Below, piece after piece: positions 1-10,368 of a stretch of 64,000 nt of DNA (the first letter of the stretch is position 1; each line of letters opens with the position of its first letter). A program made the position numbers and the translations under genes. This stretch comes from Patescibacteria group bacterium (GTDB lineage: Bacteria > Patescibacteriota > Minisyncoccia > Phycocordibacterales > Phycocordibacteraceae). The stretch covers positions 10,687 to 74,686 of the forward strand of contig JAGWWK010000003.1 in the NCBI GenBank assembly GCA_018970425.1, read 5' to 3'. The notes below the pieces were generated by a model that made no database searches, was not told the origin of the DNA, and worked only from the letters and a program-made list of their open reading frames with translations.

Positions 1-1376
1 AGAAAGAGCACGCGCTCGACTTTGATGACATACTCTGTACGGCGCTCAGACTGTTGCGCACCTCCCCCGAGGTACTCACGCATTTCAGACACGCGTGGTC
101 GCACTTTCATGTGGACGAATACCAGGACACAAATCGCGTCCAATACGAACTTATTACGCTCCTCGCCGCCGGCACGCGAAACATTGCCGTCGTTGGCGAT
201 GTTGACCAAAACATTTACTCCTGGCGCGGCGCTTCTATTGAACACATACTGCGCTTTGAGGAAGAGTACCCCGACACGGCGGTAGTTACGCTTACGGAGA
301 ATTATCGCTCAACTAAAACCATCCTCGCTGCCGCAAATCAGGCGATAGAAAAGAATATCCGTCGTCGGGAGAAGGTGCTCGTCACCAAAAATGCCGATGG
401 CGAGCACATCCACCTTGGCGGATTCGCGGATGAGCATGGCGAAGCGCGCTTTATCGCGAGCGAGGCAGCGCGGAAAATCCGCGCGGGTGAATCACCGGAC
501 GCTATTGCGGTGCTCTACCGTGCCAACTTTCAGTCTCGCGTGCTTGAAGAAGCGTTCCTCCGCGCCGATGTGCCGTACCAGGTACTTGGTACGCGCTTTT
601 TTGAACGTGCCGAGGTAAAAGACGCTCTCGCGTATCTGAAAGCAGCACTCAACCCCGCGTCACTTGCCGACCTCACGCGCGCAATACAGACGCCCTCGCG
701 CGGCATAGGTAAAGTGTCTCTCGCCAAACTTGCCGCGGGCGGGATCGATGCGCTCAGCGGTATGCAGCGGGAAAAAGCAGCGGCCTTTTACCGCATTCTT
801 GATCGTATTCGCGCCGCGGCAGAGCGCGACCTGCCGTCTGCGGTTATAAAACTTGTCATAGAGTCGTCCGGCCTCTCCACGCTCTATGAATCGGGTGACC
901 ACGAGGATGCTGAGCGACTTGAAAACCTGCGAGAACTCGTCTCTGTCGCGCAAAAGTACGATGACCGTGGGCCTGACGGCATTGACCTCCTGATTGAAGA
1001 AGCGGTGCTCCAATCCGAACAAGATGAGTTGTCTGTGAGTGAGCAACTGAAGCGTCGCGGCGTGAAGCTCATGACCATACACGCAGCTAAGGGGCTCGAG
1101 TTCGATACCGTATTTATTGCAGGCCTTGAGGAAGGGCTGTTCCCGCATGAGCGAGACGGTGAAGAAGGGGATAGTGAGGAGGAGCGTCGACTCTTTTATG
1201 TGGCACTCACGCGCGCCCGAGCGCGCGCCTACCTGACATACGCCATAACGCGTCGTATCTTTGGCAGTGTTACCGCCTCAGTTCCGAGCGAGTTTATTAT
1301 GGAAATAGACCCCGCCCTTACCGATGTCGTCGGGACTGACGAGCGCGGCGACCGCCTTGAAACAATACACATATGA
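1..1376 (+). CDS. UvrD/PcrA/Rep-family superfamily 1 DNA helicase, C-terminal part (5' end lies upstream of the window)
   Basis: Helicase motifs in the translation: 'VVGDVDQNIYSWRGA' (III), 'LTENYRST' (IV), 'TIHAAKGLEFDTVFI' (V) and 'RRLFYVALTRAR' (VI). The ORF runs off the left edge. Confidence 0.85.
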   Translation, partial: KEHALDFDDILCTALRLLRTSPEVLTHFRHAWSHFHVDEYQDTNRVQYELITLLAAGTRNIAVVGDVDQNIYSWRGASIEHILRFEEEYPDTAVVTLTENYRSTKTILAAANQAIEKNIRRREKVLVTKNADGEHIHLGGFADEHGEARFIASEAARKIRAGESPDAIAVLYRANFQSRVLEEAFLRADVPYQVLGTRFFERAEVKDALAYLKAALNPASLADLTRAIQTPSRGIGKVSLAKLAAGGIDALSGMQREKAAAFYRILDRIRAAAERDLPSAVIKLVIESSGLSTLYESGDHEDAERLENLRELVSVAQKYDDRGPDGIDLLIEEAVLQSEQDELSVSEQLKRRGVKLMTIHAAKGLEFDTVFIAGLEEGLFPHERDGEEGDSEEERRLFYVALTRARARAYLTYAITRRIFGSVTASVPSEFIMEIDPALTDVVGTDERGDRLETIHI

Positions 1377-2134
1377 CCCGAGCCCGCACACCGCGTTTGG
1401 GTCAGCACCTTCTCACGAACCCACGGGTGAGCGCACGACTCGCTGACGCCGCTCGCGTGACGAGCGGAACGCGCGTCCTCGAGGTCGGCCCGGGGAAGGG
1501 GGCACTCACTGCGGAGCTCCTCGCGCGCGGCGCACGCGTCCTTGCAGTAGAGAAGGACCCGGCGTTTGCAGCCATACTTCGCGAGCAATTTGCGGACGCG
1601 CTTGCGTCAGGCGCACTCACGCTCATAGATGGCGACATACGTGACCACACGCCCGACGCACTTATGGGACACGCGCCGTATGTTGTCGCGGCCAACATCC
1701 CGTACTACATCACGGGAGAACTCATACGCACATTTCTCACGGCAGCGCATCAGCCCACTACAATAGCGCTCCTCGTGCAGAAGGAGGTCGCGGAGCGTAT
1801 CGCCCGCTCTAAGAAAGAGAGCATACTCTCACTCTCCGTAAAGGTCTACGGTCAACCGCGATACATCACGACCGTGTCGCGTGGCAACTTCTCTCCGCCA
1901 CCTACGGTGGACTCTGCGATTCTCGCAATCACTGATATTTCACGAAAAAACTTCGCATCTGCTTCGGAGGAGCGTTTTTTTGAAATTGTAAAGGCGGGCT
2001 TTGCGCAAAAGCGCAAAACTCTCGCCGGCAACCTTACTCGCGCGCTCGGCACCTCGCTCGGCGTGCCTCCAAACATTCGCGCTGAAGATGTGCCGCTCGC
2101 TACATGGCGTATGCTTGCCGAGCGCGCACATTAG
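1373..2134 (+). CDS. rsmA: 16S rRNA (adenine1518/1519-N6)-dimethyltransferase RsmA/KsgA
   Basis: 'GQHLL' N-terminus, SAM motif 'VLEVGPGKGALT' and 'ANIPYYIT' (equivalent to NLPYNIS). ATGA overlap with the upstream helicase. Confidence 0.85.
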   Translation: MTRARTPRLGQHLLTNPRVSARLADAARVTSGTRVLEVGPGKGALTAELLARGARVLAVEKDPAFAAILREQFADALASGALTLIDGDIRDHTPDALMGHAPYVVAANIPYYITGELIRTFLTAAHQPTTIALLVQKEVAERIARSKKESILSLSVKVYGQPRYITTVSRGNFSPPPTVDSAILAITDISRKNFASASEERFFEIVKAGFAQKRKTLAGNLTRALGTSLGVPPNIRAEDVPLATWRMLAERAH

Positions 2135-3249
2135 CACCCCTTGCCGCCGACGCAAACGTGCACATGCGGGCCTGTATATCGCTCAGTAGTACAAATCGCC
2201 TCATTTAAGAACGTAGTCCCCGTAGCAGGGTCCCGATATCTGCAATTCGATACCCGCTCAAAGTTCTCTGTCACGCATTTCCAAAGACCTATGTCAGTAT
2301 CAAACGCATTACCGGGTCCGTGTGTTTTGTGACCCAATTCACTACCGCCCGTTATGGCAAAGGGGCACTTTTCACGGAGCGCGCAGATATAGTCAACCGC
2401 CTCGCACTGCAGGCCTCCTACGTCCGTACATCCGCCCTTCACCCCGTCTTGACCAAACACGCACGGAGCCCCGCCGGTTTTAGAACTAAACACAGGAACC
2501 TTGCATTGCGCGAGTCGCTCCCGGACTTGCCGCTCAGCCGCTGCTTTCTGTGCTGGTGTTTGTATTTTTCCTCCGCACCCTGCTTGCTCAACCTGCGGTG
2601 ATTTAGGAGGAGAGCTCGGCACCGTGGGCCCCGACGAGCCATGCACAATGATGCGCAAACCCAAAAGGACATTCGTTCCCACCACGCATACGCCACCAGG
2701 CATCGCTAGGCCAAGGAGGTACTGCCCGACAAAGGACGGCGGTCCATATGCGTAAGAAATAGTTCCTGGCATCCACACGTATGGGCCCGGCGTAGGAGGT
2801 CCCAAGACCACATATATTGCACCATTACTGCAAGGAATGAGCGTGAGAATAGGCCCACCAAAGGGAACCCCGGCCGGCACTGACTGCGCCCCAGGTGACT
2901 GGGAACCTCCTGGCCCCGTACCCCCAGTACGACGCTCTGGGCTTAGCGCGCGCGAGAGCTGAGTTTCAACAAACGACGCAACGCGACCGAGCGCACGATT
3001 CAACAAGTCATCGAACAAGGTGGAGGATCGAGGTGTCCCGGCTCGCGACTGACGCGGTGTGCTGGTTGCCGGCGTAGTTGTAGGAGTCGTGCTCGTACTC
3101 GAGGTTGCCGTTATGGTAAGAGTCTGCACTCCTCGCTCTAAAATTGCCCGGAGCTCAGCCGTAGCGTCAGTCGCGTGCGCGGAACATGGTATGAGCGCAA
3201 CACACAGAGCTACGCATGCAAAAAGTCTGTACACATATCTACTGTACAC
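2131..3249 (-). CDS. secreted hypothetical protein with a signal peptide, a Thr/Ser/Pro-rich low-complexity linker, a Gly/Pro-rich segment and a C-terminal domain carrying more than 12 Cys
   Basis: The N-terminus 'YSRYVYRLFACVALCVALIPCSAHA' is signal-peptide-like and the start is GTG. Low-complexity 'TSSTSTTPTTTPATSTP' linker and a Cys-rich C-terminus. Divergent from the T4SS-like operon. Confidence 0.5.
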   Translation of the reverse strand: MYSRYVYRLFACVALCVALIPCSAHATDATAELRAILERGVQTLTITATSSTSTTPTTTPATSTPRQSRAGTPRSSTLFDDLLNRALGRVASFVETQLSRALSPERRTGGTGPGGSQSPGAQSVPAGVPFGGPILTLIPCSNGAIYVVLGPPTPGPYVWMPGTISYAYGPPSFVGQYLLGLAMPGGVCVVGTNVLLGLRIIVHGSSGPTVPSSPPKSPQVEQAGCGGKIQTPAQKAAAERQVRERLAQCKVPVFSSKTGGAPCVFGQDGVKGGCTDVGGLQCEAVDYICALREKCPFAITGGSELGHKTHGPGNAFDTDIGLWKCVTENFERVSNCRYRDPATGTTFLNEAICTTERYTGPHVHVCVGGKGC

Positions 3250-3289
3250 TACGGCATGACACTCTAAATAAGCTTATATACTGAATGTA

Positions 3290-4078
3290 ATGCATCTGCG
3301 CAAAGAAGCGCTCATACTTGGCGGTGCCGCAGTGATTGCGTGCGGACTTGTGGCGGGTGCCTACGCGAGCACGCGACCCTCTAACTCGTCGTATGGCATA
3401 TCTCCTGTACGTATTGAGCTTCCGGAACACGCGGCATGGAAAGCGTCTATTGAGGCTATCGTCCCTAAGACGCCTCAGTCACTCGCGGAATACCGAGCCC
3501 CACAAGAACTATCAACAGGTGATGCTATTGCCCAGGAACTTGTTGCAGGTTACCTCAGTAAGAAACAGTCAGGCACATTTTCCGAAAACGATGCGCGCGA
3601 AATAGCTGCAGCTGTGATCGCACGAAATCCGATAGTGATCGAACCTTCTCGCATGTATCGAATGCAGGATATCCGCACAGACGCACAGGTCTCATTTCTC
3701 GACTACACCGGTGAACTAACAAACGTAGTAAGTCGATCCTCGCAAATAGACGAGCACGAACTTAAAACCTTTGCGCGATCAGTTGGAGAAGATAATCGTC
3801 GCGGTTCGCCAGCACTCCTTAAAAGCGCAAACCTGTACGCCTCTATTGTTCTAGACCTCGCGGCGCTACGCGTTCCAGAGGCATATGTCACAGAACACCT
3901 TGCCCTCGTGAACTCAATTTCTTCTCTGCAGCACGTGACGCAACTTATGGCCGAGTGGAACGGCGACCCGCTCTACTCACTCGCCTACATCGACGCATTT
4001 CTTGCCGCAGAGCGAGAGAGCAAACTTGCACTCGGCTCTCTGTACCGCAAGCTCGCAATTCGCGCAAAAACACTATGA
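3290..4078 (+). CDS. membrane-anchored hypothetical protein, first gene of the T4SS-like operon
   Basis: N-terminal TM/signal anchor 'ALILGGAAVIACGLVAGAYA'. No recognisable catalytic motif. Confidence 0.45.
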   Translation: MHLRKEALILGGAAVIACGLVAGAYASTRPSNSSYGISPVRIELPEHAAWKASIEAIVPKTPQSLAEYRAPQELSTGDAIAQELVAGYLSKKQSGTFSENDAREIAAAVIARNPIVIEPSRMYRMQDIRTDAQVSFLDYTGELTNVVSRSSQIDEHELKTFARSVGEDNRRGSPALLKSANLYASIVLDLAALRVPEAYVTEHLALVNSISSLQHVTQLMAEWNGDPLYSLAYIDAFLAAERESKLALGSLYRKLAIRAKTL

Positions 4079-6018
4079 AATATCTCGGTGCGACACTCAT
4101 CTTTTTCGCGCTTTTGTTGCCGTTTCAGGCAGCTCACGCTGAGCTGCCTATAACTGAGGCAGGTAACGGAAGACCCGCAACAGCAGATATCGCTCCATCT
4201 GCCCTCACTAACGAAAATGTGAGTGCGATTGCTGATAAGGTCTCCCGAGACATGAAAGCTCTCATCGATAAGGGTGAGCAACTTGGCTGCGGTCAAGCAT
4301 CTGGCGAGCATGGAGGGTCTCTCGCCGCATCACTAGAGCAACTGATGCGTGGACTCATTGACGATGTTAAGGGCTCCCTCATGGGGGCCGCTCGTGGGCA
4401 AGTGCGAGACTTTTTAAATCGAATCTCTGCTAATGCCGGCCCGCTCGCACCAGTAGTGCAGCCTCTCGTAAACTTCATCGGCGCAAAAGCGGACGCGCTT
4501 ATCAGACAAGTGGGGGAGAAGATTTTTAGCTTTATTGATCCTTCAGGCGCGGCTACTACTGCACTGAGCGGTGTTGCGCAGGCAGTGGGTCTAAATTTGG
4601 GGAACATTGGCATCGGGGCGGGCCTCCTTGGAGATCTGCCTGTCGCCGGTATTGGTGCGAGCGTGCCGGTTACTGAGACCGGCGCGCAACTCTCTCTCAC
4701 ACGCTCAATTGAAGGTAGTACTTTGCGTACTGAGCCGTTGATCAAGTACATGAGAGACGCGAGCGGTACTCAGCTGTACGTCGCCTGTGTCGTAAACCCT
4801 GCAATATCGAAATCTAAGAATGGGATCGTGGCTAACCAGGTGCGCGGCATGGTACAGACAGCTGCTGAAAAGCAGGTAACAAATGTCTTTGAGGCGTCTC
4901 AGCGGAGCGGTGACTTCTATGCGCGGAAGTCAATCGAGGCTTCAGCGCAGGGTATGTGCTCATCACACCGACAAGAGGTTATGGAAATGGTTATTAATCA
5001 GTTTAGCGGTGCGCGCACAACCGCACAGTGCTCAGAGGAAAATGAGCAAAAGCCTGGAGCAGACTTTGACTTTCAGAAGCAAGTAGCGTCCCTAGCTAAC
5101 CCAGGAAACGTGCCGGCAATGCAATTCTTCAATGCTATTGCAAAGGCAACGCAGGAGGGGCTTGCGGCTACAGCTGTCACCGTCCTCGAATATCATAAGA
5201 ATGAGGGATTTTCTAATACATATGAATGCACTGAAGCCGAGAGAGACCTCAAACCAGGGGAAGTGTGTATCAATGGCCAGGTAGTGCTGCACGGAAAGAT
5301 GGTAGCCGGAGCTTTGTCGAGCGCTCTTAATGCCCCGATGCAGCAGCTCATTCAAGCCGATGAGATTGGTGAACTGATAGATGCGATGTCTGCGGGCCTT
5401 ATGCAGGTCGCATTTCAGAATGTACGAGGAATTCTCGGACTTGTAGAGAAGAGTGGCTCGCGCGGCTCATACCTCGACGAGATGGTTGCACAAAACTATG
5501 ACGAGTCTGCTATTTCACCCCAGCGCGTCCTTACGGGGGACATAGCAGCCGCTCTCGATACTGAAACTCAGTATGGGCAAGCACTCGACATTATTCTTGC
5601 AGATCTTGCCACTGCAAAAAAGAACTATGAATCTGCGGCGGCATGTTACGAACCGATCCGCTCACAAGGCAAAGGGGACATTACCCCACAGATTGCTCGC
5701 GATGCAGTTGCACTTGCAACCACGACTGTCGGCATTGCCATCAATCCGCAGGTGTCACTCCTCCTAACTGAAAAAGCATCGAGCGACAGCGCGCTTGGCG
5801 AGCTGGTCGAGTTGGTCAATGCGGCAGAAACTGCACTCTCGCAAAAAGATATAGTCGAGGTTTCTTCCCGCTTTAGCGCACTCAAAGCATCAGGGCGCAT
5901 GCATACAACAACTGATCTGCAGGCGCTCATTAATAGTATGGAGTTTGGCGCCGCATCGATTGAGCGCATGCTTCGCGATGCCACTATTCTTCTAGCAGCG
6001 TGTACTAAAGCAGTATGA
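4074..6018 (+). CDS. large secreted hypothetical protein (about 648 aa), T4SS-like cluster component
   Basis: Start is taken at ATG 4074 (ATGA overlap with the upstream stop), giving the signal peptide 'MKYLGATLIFFALLLPFQAAHA'. The longer ORF call from 3955 overlaps the previous gene. Confidence 0.5.
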
Positions 6019-8630
6019 AGCGTCTCCTGATCGCAATCGGACTTCTGGGCGCACTACTGATTCCTAGTTTTGCTATTGCCGCACCGCCTACAGCGTCAGA
6101 GTGCACAATGCAGGCTCTCGAAAAGAAAGGGATTCTCTGTCCAGCCATCACAGTATCCGCGACAGAAGGTCGCCCCGAAAGAACCTTTGTCGGCGCAGCC
6201 ATATATGAACAGGGGACATGCAAGTGCGGGTATGATACAAATGGTCTAATTCAGTACGCGACACCGCTACGGTTGAACCTGGAAGATATCCTACAAACAA
6301 AGGAAGGTGACGGTAAGAATAAAAATACAAGTAACCTCAACTACAACTTCAATGCGCCTGCCGACGACCTAGCGACCGGCGCCTCGAGAAAAACGTCCAC
6401 AGACGTTGTAGGCGCTGGCGTAGCGCGCAAGGTTGAAGCGGAAGTTAAAACTCCCGACACATTCTGTGAAAATCTTCCAATTGGTTTTTCGTTCTTGTGC
6501 AACTTAATTAGCTCGCTATTCAACCTAGAATTCTGGTGGTTCATACTCGGAACGCTCGTGTGGATGCTGTTCCTCGTTGCATCAATGATGCTTGCCGTTG
6601 CGGTGTATATGGCGGACGGAGCAATCTACTATCTTGTAATTCATGCCGGTGTCATACTCAATAACACAATTGCGAATGACGGGATTCTTGCCGCGTGGGC
6701 TTTAGTCCGAGACCTTGCAAACCTGACAATTATTGCCGGATTCATTGCGGTCGGCATCAGCACCATTCTCGATATTGCGCAGTACGCTGCGAGCAAGTTC
6801 CTCGCACGCCTCATCATTGCGGCACTACTTGTAAACTTCAGCTATTTTTTGACCGGCGCAGTCATCGATGCCTCAAACTATCTTAGTGTCGCGGTTTATA
6901 ACAGCAAGCTTTTTATAAATGGATGCAGCGGGATGAAACAAGAGAGGGTACTCTCATCGGCCGGCGCGGCCCTTAATACAGCCGCGATGGGCGCATGGTC
7001 CGGAGATATGCGGCAGCAAACCTGTCTCGTTGCTCAGGCATTCTACAAAGAGACCAACATGTCCTCCTGGTCTCAAATTCAAAAAATGGCGCTGACTGCA
7101 TCTCGCACGCAGACAGCGCCCTCTGAGTTCGGTACGACGGAGAGCCGCGGGTACTACTTTATGCTACTCGTTATTGGAACTATGGGGCTTGCCTTTACCG
7201 TACTGTTGGCGTTCGTAATGGTTAACCTCGCGTACATGATCATTGTACGATTTATCGTCCTCGTCGTCCTTCTCGTCACGTCACCGATTGGCTTTGCTGG
7301 AATCAATGTTCCATTTCTAGAATCTGCCGCAAACCGCTGGTGGAGCGCGCTCCTCGGACAAGCATTTTTTGTTCCTGTCATGCTCTTTCTCCTCGCCACA
7401 GGGATCACAATCCTGAAGGGCTTCAATGACATGTTCAAGCGTATGGGTAGCGAGCAGAGCTTTACCAGCGCACTCATCGCCCTCCAAAATGCTGGTGCGG
7501 ATATGGGATGGGCTGTCGCTATTCTTCCTGTATTCCTTACATTTGCGCTCGGTGTCGGATTCATCGGAGTAGCGCTTGTCATCGGGCGGCAAATTACCGA
7601 GCAGTCAGACTTTAAACCATTTTACGCGTACGCGCAGAACGCGGCATGGGCAACGCTGCGCACGCCCGTCACCATCCCAGGGGGTCTTCTGAACGGCGTG
7701 ACCGGTTTGCTTAATCAATCCAAATTAGGAGCGTGGCTCTTAAAAGATGAGCGCGGTTTCATGGGTCAGATGAAAAACTTCATACGCATACCGTACCAGC
7801 TCTTTGCCGGAGGCATGCGCCAAGCAACGCGCCTTGGAGAGAAGCCGAAGGAGGGTGAGAAAGGGGTCTTCGAAACGATGCGAGAAGAAGCGAAAGCAGG
7901 GAAGGAGGAGCGCGCAGAAAAGGAGATGGAAAAGATTGTCCGCAGTGGTCCGCCCGAGGCGCAAGCGCGAGTGATTGAGAGTATGGATCCTGATGAAGCG
8001 ATTGACCGCTTTGGAATTAATAAACTCTTAGAACTTCAAGAAAAAGGACATCTCTCGTCTGACTACTTCAAAAAACTGCACGAAAGTGCAAAAGTCAGCG
8101 AGGCAGACAGAAAGAGCATTACCGATGCGCGCTTTTCCGACATCATGAGAGACTTTGGTCGAGGTAACTGGAGTAACGCTGCAGAGAAGATCGAGGCACT
8201 CGATGAGACGGAGCGCAAAATATTGTTTGAGGAGCGCAAAGAACTCCGTAACCAGAAAGAATTGCTCGCGCAACTTAAGGGTAAGACATTCGATGAAATT
8301 GCTGACAAACGCTCAGATGGAAAAGCAATGCGCGGCTTACGCAAAGAGGCTATGGCCACGCGTATCTCGGCAGCTGACGATGCTGGCCTTCGCAGTCTAG
8401 GGTCTTCGCTATCTAATAAAGATCTTCTAGAGCTTAATGTTGACCAGGTCCGCAAGCTCGGGCGTGCAGGAGCTCTGAAGGCATCACAGTTCAGACACAT
8501 TATGGAAGAGTCACGAGATGAAGCGGTAAAGGCCTACATTAGAGAGAATCATGCTGAAGATCTCGTGGGCCCAGGTACCCCAAAGCCAGCAAGCGCACCT
8601 CCAGCTCAGGGATCAAATCCGGCTTCGTAG
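6015..8630 (+). CDS. VirB6/TrbL-like polytopic membrane protein with a long charged (K/E-rich) cytoplasmic C-terminal tail
   Basis: Signal peptide 'MKRLLIAIGLLGALLIPSFAIA', then at least eight hydrophobic helices. One segment runs from 'FWWFILGTLVWMLFLVASMMLAVAVYM' to 'SPIGFAGINVPF'. About 330 aa of coiled-coil-like KE-rich tail. ATGA overlap with the upstream gene. Confidence 0.55.
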   Translation: MKRLLIAIGLLGALLIPSFAIAAPPTASECTMQALEKKGILCPAITVSATEGRPERTFVGAAIYEQGTCKCGYDTNGLIQYATPLRLNLEDILQTKEGDGKNKNTSNLNYNFNAPADDLATGASRKTSTDVVGAGVARKVEAEVKTPDTFCENLPIGFSFLCNLISSLFNLEFWWFILGTLVWMLFLVASMMLAVAVYMADGAIYYLVIHAGVILNNTIANDGILAAWALVRDLANLTIIAGFIAVGISTILDIAQYAASKFLARLIIAALLVNFSYFLTGAVIDASNYLSVAVYNSKLFINGCSGMKQERVLSSAGAALNTAAMGAWSGDMRQQTCLVAQAFYKETNMSSWSQIQKMALTASRTQTAPSEFGTTESRGYYFMLLVIGTMGLAFTVLLAFVMVNLAYMIIVRFIVLVVLLVTSPIGFAGINVPFLESAANRWWSALLGQAFFVPVMLFLLATGITILKGFNDMFKRMGSEQSFTSALIALQNAGADMGWAVAILPVFLTFALGVGFIGVALVIGRQITEQSDFKPFYAYAQNAAWATLRTPVTIPGGLLNGVTGLLNQSKLGAWLLKDERGFMGQMKNFIRIPYQLFAGGMRQATRLGEKPKEGEKGVFETMREEAKAGKEERAEKEMEKIVRSGPPEAQARVIESMDPDEAIDRFGINKLLELQEKGHLSSDYFKKLHESAKVSEADRKSITDARFSDIMRDFGRGNWSNAAEKIEALDETERKILFEERKELRNQKELLAQLKGKTFDEIADKRSDGKAMRGLRKEAMATRISAADDAGLRSLGSSLSNKDLLELNVDQVRKLGRAGALKASQFRHIMEESRDEAVKAYIRENHAEDLVGPGTPKPASAPPAQGSNPAS

Positions 8631-8635
8631 TACGC

Positions 8636-9220
8636 ATGCTCACTCAAGAAGAAATTAGTAAGAAATACAGCGAGGCACCACCGGATGTACAAGCGTTGGT
8701 GAAGGATCCGGATGTCTACGATGCATTCCACCTTATTCGACGCACGCATAACCTGCATGTTGATGCGGCAGGTGCACTCGCCGACCTTATAACGGCACTT
8801 ATTCTTGGTGCGGTGCCGCTTGCAGAGCTTGATGCTCATCTTGCTGAAGCGCTCCCTGGCGTCGATGCCGCAACACGCGAAAAAGTGAGGGCAGACCTTA
8901 ATGAACACATCTTCAAGCCCCTCAGAGAGCGCAAACGATCAGAAACCCCGGATCTCGCCACTGTGTACAAAGCCGCGCTTATAGAAAAGCTCGGCGGTAC
9001 ACTGCCTCGAATTGAGGAATCTCCAGCAAAAACAGTTCCTTCAGTACAAGTACCTCGAGAATCGATTGTGGCACAAAAGCTCGGGGTTAGTCCTCGAGCT
9101 TTGCAAACCAGAGAAGGGGACGGTGCCCCTCAGCCACGCTCCGGAGCGCAGGAACCTAGCCCTACGAGCACGCCGGTACGATATCGGAGCATCGACCCAT
9201 ATCGAGAACCGATTGAGTAG
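8636..9220 (+). CDS. hypothetical protein (194 aa, no TM), T4SS-like cluster
   Basis: ORF tightly spaced within the operon; no recognisable motifs. Confidence 0.4.
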   Translation: MLTQEEISKKYSEAPPDVQALVKDPDVYDAFHLIRRTHNLHVDAAGALADLITALILGAVPLAELDAHLAEALPGVDAATREKVRADLNEHIFKPLRERKRSETPDLATVYKAALIEKLGGTLPRIEESPAKTVPSVQVPRESIVAQKLGVSPRALQTREGDGAPQPRSGAQEPSPTSTPVRYRSIDPYREPIE

Positions 9221-9247
9221 TCCTCAAGAGCGTTATACTTTAGGTGT

Positions 9248-9676
9248 ATGCGCTTTCAAGTTCCGCAATTCATAGAGGTTGAAGACCGAATAATCGGTCC
9301 TTTTACCATTACGCAGTTTGTCTATCTTGCGGGAGGGTTGGGATTTCTCTTTGCGCTTTGGCTCACGCTCCCGCTCTGGGCCGCACTTCTTCTTGGCGTG
9401 CCAGTTGCAGCTTTGGGTGGCGCGCTTGCTTTTGTGCAAATAAATAATCGACCGCTCATTACCACACTCGAGCATGCCTTCTTCTACGCCCTTAAAGACA
9501 AACTCTACATCTGGTCGAAACGTACGAAATCGCCGGCTGAGCTTGCTAAAGAGGCTGTGGAGCGCACCGAGGATCCGTCTCGGTATGTGGTGAGCCCCAC
9601 ATCGAATAAACTTAAAGACATCGCGTGGTCACTCGACATCAAAGAGTCGATATATTCTGACCGAAACCAGCGGTAA
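9248..9676 (+). CDS. PrgI/VirB3-like small membrane protein (two TM helices)
   Basis: 'QVPQFIEVEDRIIGPFTITQFVYLAGGLGFLFALWLTLPLWAALLLGVPVAALGGALAF' matches the PrgI-family pattern (VP-FIE-EDRI-GPFT-Q-YL) followed by two TM segments. It lies immediately upstream of VirB4, as in Gram-positive T4SS. Confidence 0.6.
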   Translation: MRFQVPQFIEVEDRIIGPFTITQFVYLAGGLGFLFALWLTLPLWAALLLGVPVAALGGALAFVQINNRPLITTLEHAFFYALKDKLYIWSKRTKSPAELAKEAVERTEDPSRYVVSPTSNKLKDIAWSLDIKESIYSDRNQR

Positions 9677-9696
9677 AGCTGATACAATACTAACGA

Positions 9697-10365
9697 ATGG
9701 CGGCCGAACAACAGAAATCAAAGGCGGCGCAAGACTTCATCCCTGTTGAAGAGGTGCGTGGGGGAGTGATCGTGCTCAAAGACGGAACACTTGTGAGCGT
9801 CCTCATGGCATCATCCCTCAACTTCGCGCTTAAATCCGCAGAGGAACAGGAGGCAACACTTTTTCAGTTTCAATCATTCTTAAACTCGCTCGACTTTACC
9901 ATTCAGCTTTTTGTGCAGTCGCGAAAGCTCGATATCAGGCCCTACCTCACACTCCTCGAAGAACGGCTTGTGGCTCAAACTGATGACCTGATGCGGCTCC
10001 AAGTGCGCGGGTACATTGACTTCATTCGCGAGTTTACCGACAGGCAGAATATTATGTCAAAACACTTCTTCATCGTGATCCCGTATCGCGAGCCGCTCAC
10101 CCGCACCAGCGAAACAGTGCAACGAACGTTTTTTGGTGCTGGGTCGCTCTCCGCCAAAGAGAAGAGCATTGGATTTGAGGAACAGCGAACTCAGCTTGAA
10201 CAGCGCGTTGGAGTTGTGGAGCAGGGACTCACGCGTTGCGGTATCCGTACGACACCACTCGATACTGAATCCGTCATTGAACTCCTTTTTAAAGAATTTA
10301 ACCCGGGCGAACTCGAGAAGCCTATTTCCGCTACTGCACAGAGTGATGTGAGGATATCTACCTAG
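9697..10365 (+). CDS. virB4: VirB4/TraC/CagE-family ATPase, N-terminal domain fragment, ending in an in-frame TAG
   Basis: 'FIPVEEVRGGVIVLKDGTLVSVLMASSLNFALKSAEEQEA' is the typical VirB4 N-terminus. It is in the same reading frame as the 10369..12180 ORF and separated from it only by TAG at 10363-10365. Confidence 0.6.
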   Translation: MAAEQQKSKAAQDFIPVEEVRGGVIVLKDGTLVSVLMASSLNFALKSAEEQEATLFQFQSFLNSLDFTIQLFVQSRKLDIRPYLTLLEERLVAQTDDLMRLQVRGYIDFIREFTDRQNIMSKHFFIVIPYREPLTRTSETVQRTFFGAGSLSAKEKSIGFEEQRTQLEQRVGVVEQGLTRCGIRTTPLDTESVIELLFKEFNPGELEKPISATAQSDVRIST

Positions 10366-10368
10366 CAT

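Noticed and set aside
660-1148. 162-aa minus-strand ORF, plus similar long antisense ORFs at 4293-4751, 7154-7582, 8063-8500, 22248-22637, 25488-25787 and 45514-46083
   Set aside because: Each lies entirely within, and antisense to, a gene with strong family motifs on the opposite strand. Their Arg/Ser/Ala-rich translations are typical GC-rich antisense artefacts.
3955-4078. Upstream extension of the 687-aa ORF (start at 3955)
   Set aside because: It overlaps the preceding gene by 124 nt. The internal ATG at 4074 gives a textbook signal peptide and an ATGA junction.
4074-6018. Lytic transglycosylase (SLT/VirB1-like) assignment for the large secreted protein
   Set aside because: An 'AGLMQV' tetrapeptide resembles SLT motif II. 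However, no catalytic Glu-Ser motif precedes it by 15-20 aa and there is no 'AYNAG' downstream. The resemblance is coincidental.
9697-10365. Treating the 222-aa ORF as an independent gene unrelated to VirB4
   Set aside because: Its sequence is the conserved VirB4 N-terminal domain, it is in frame with the downstream ATPase, and the summed length matches VirB4. It is kept as one interrupted gene, with a natural split noted as an alternative.
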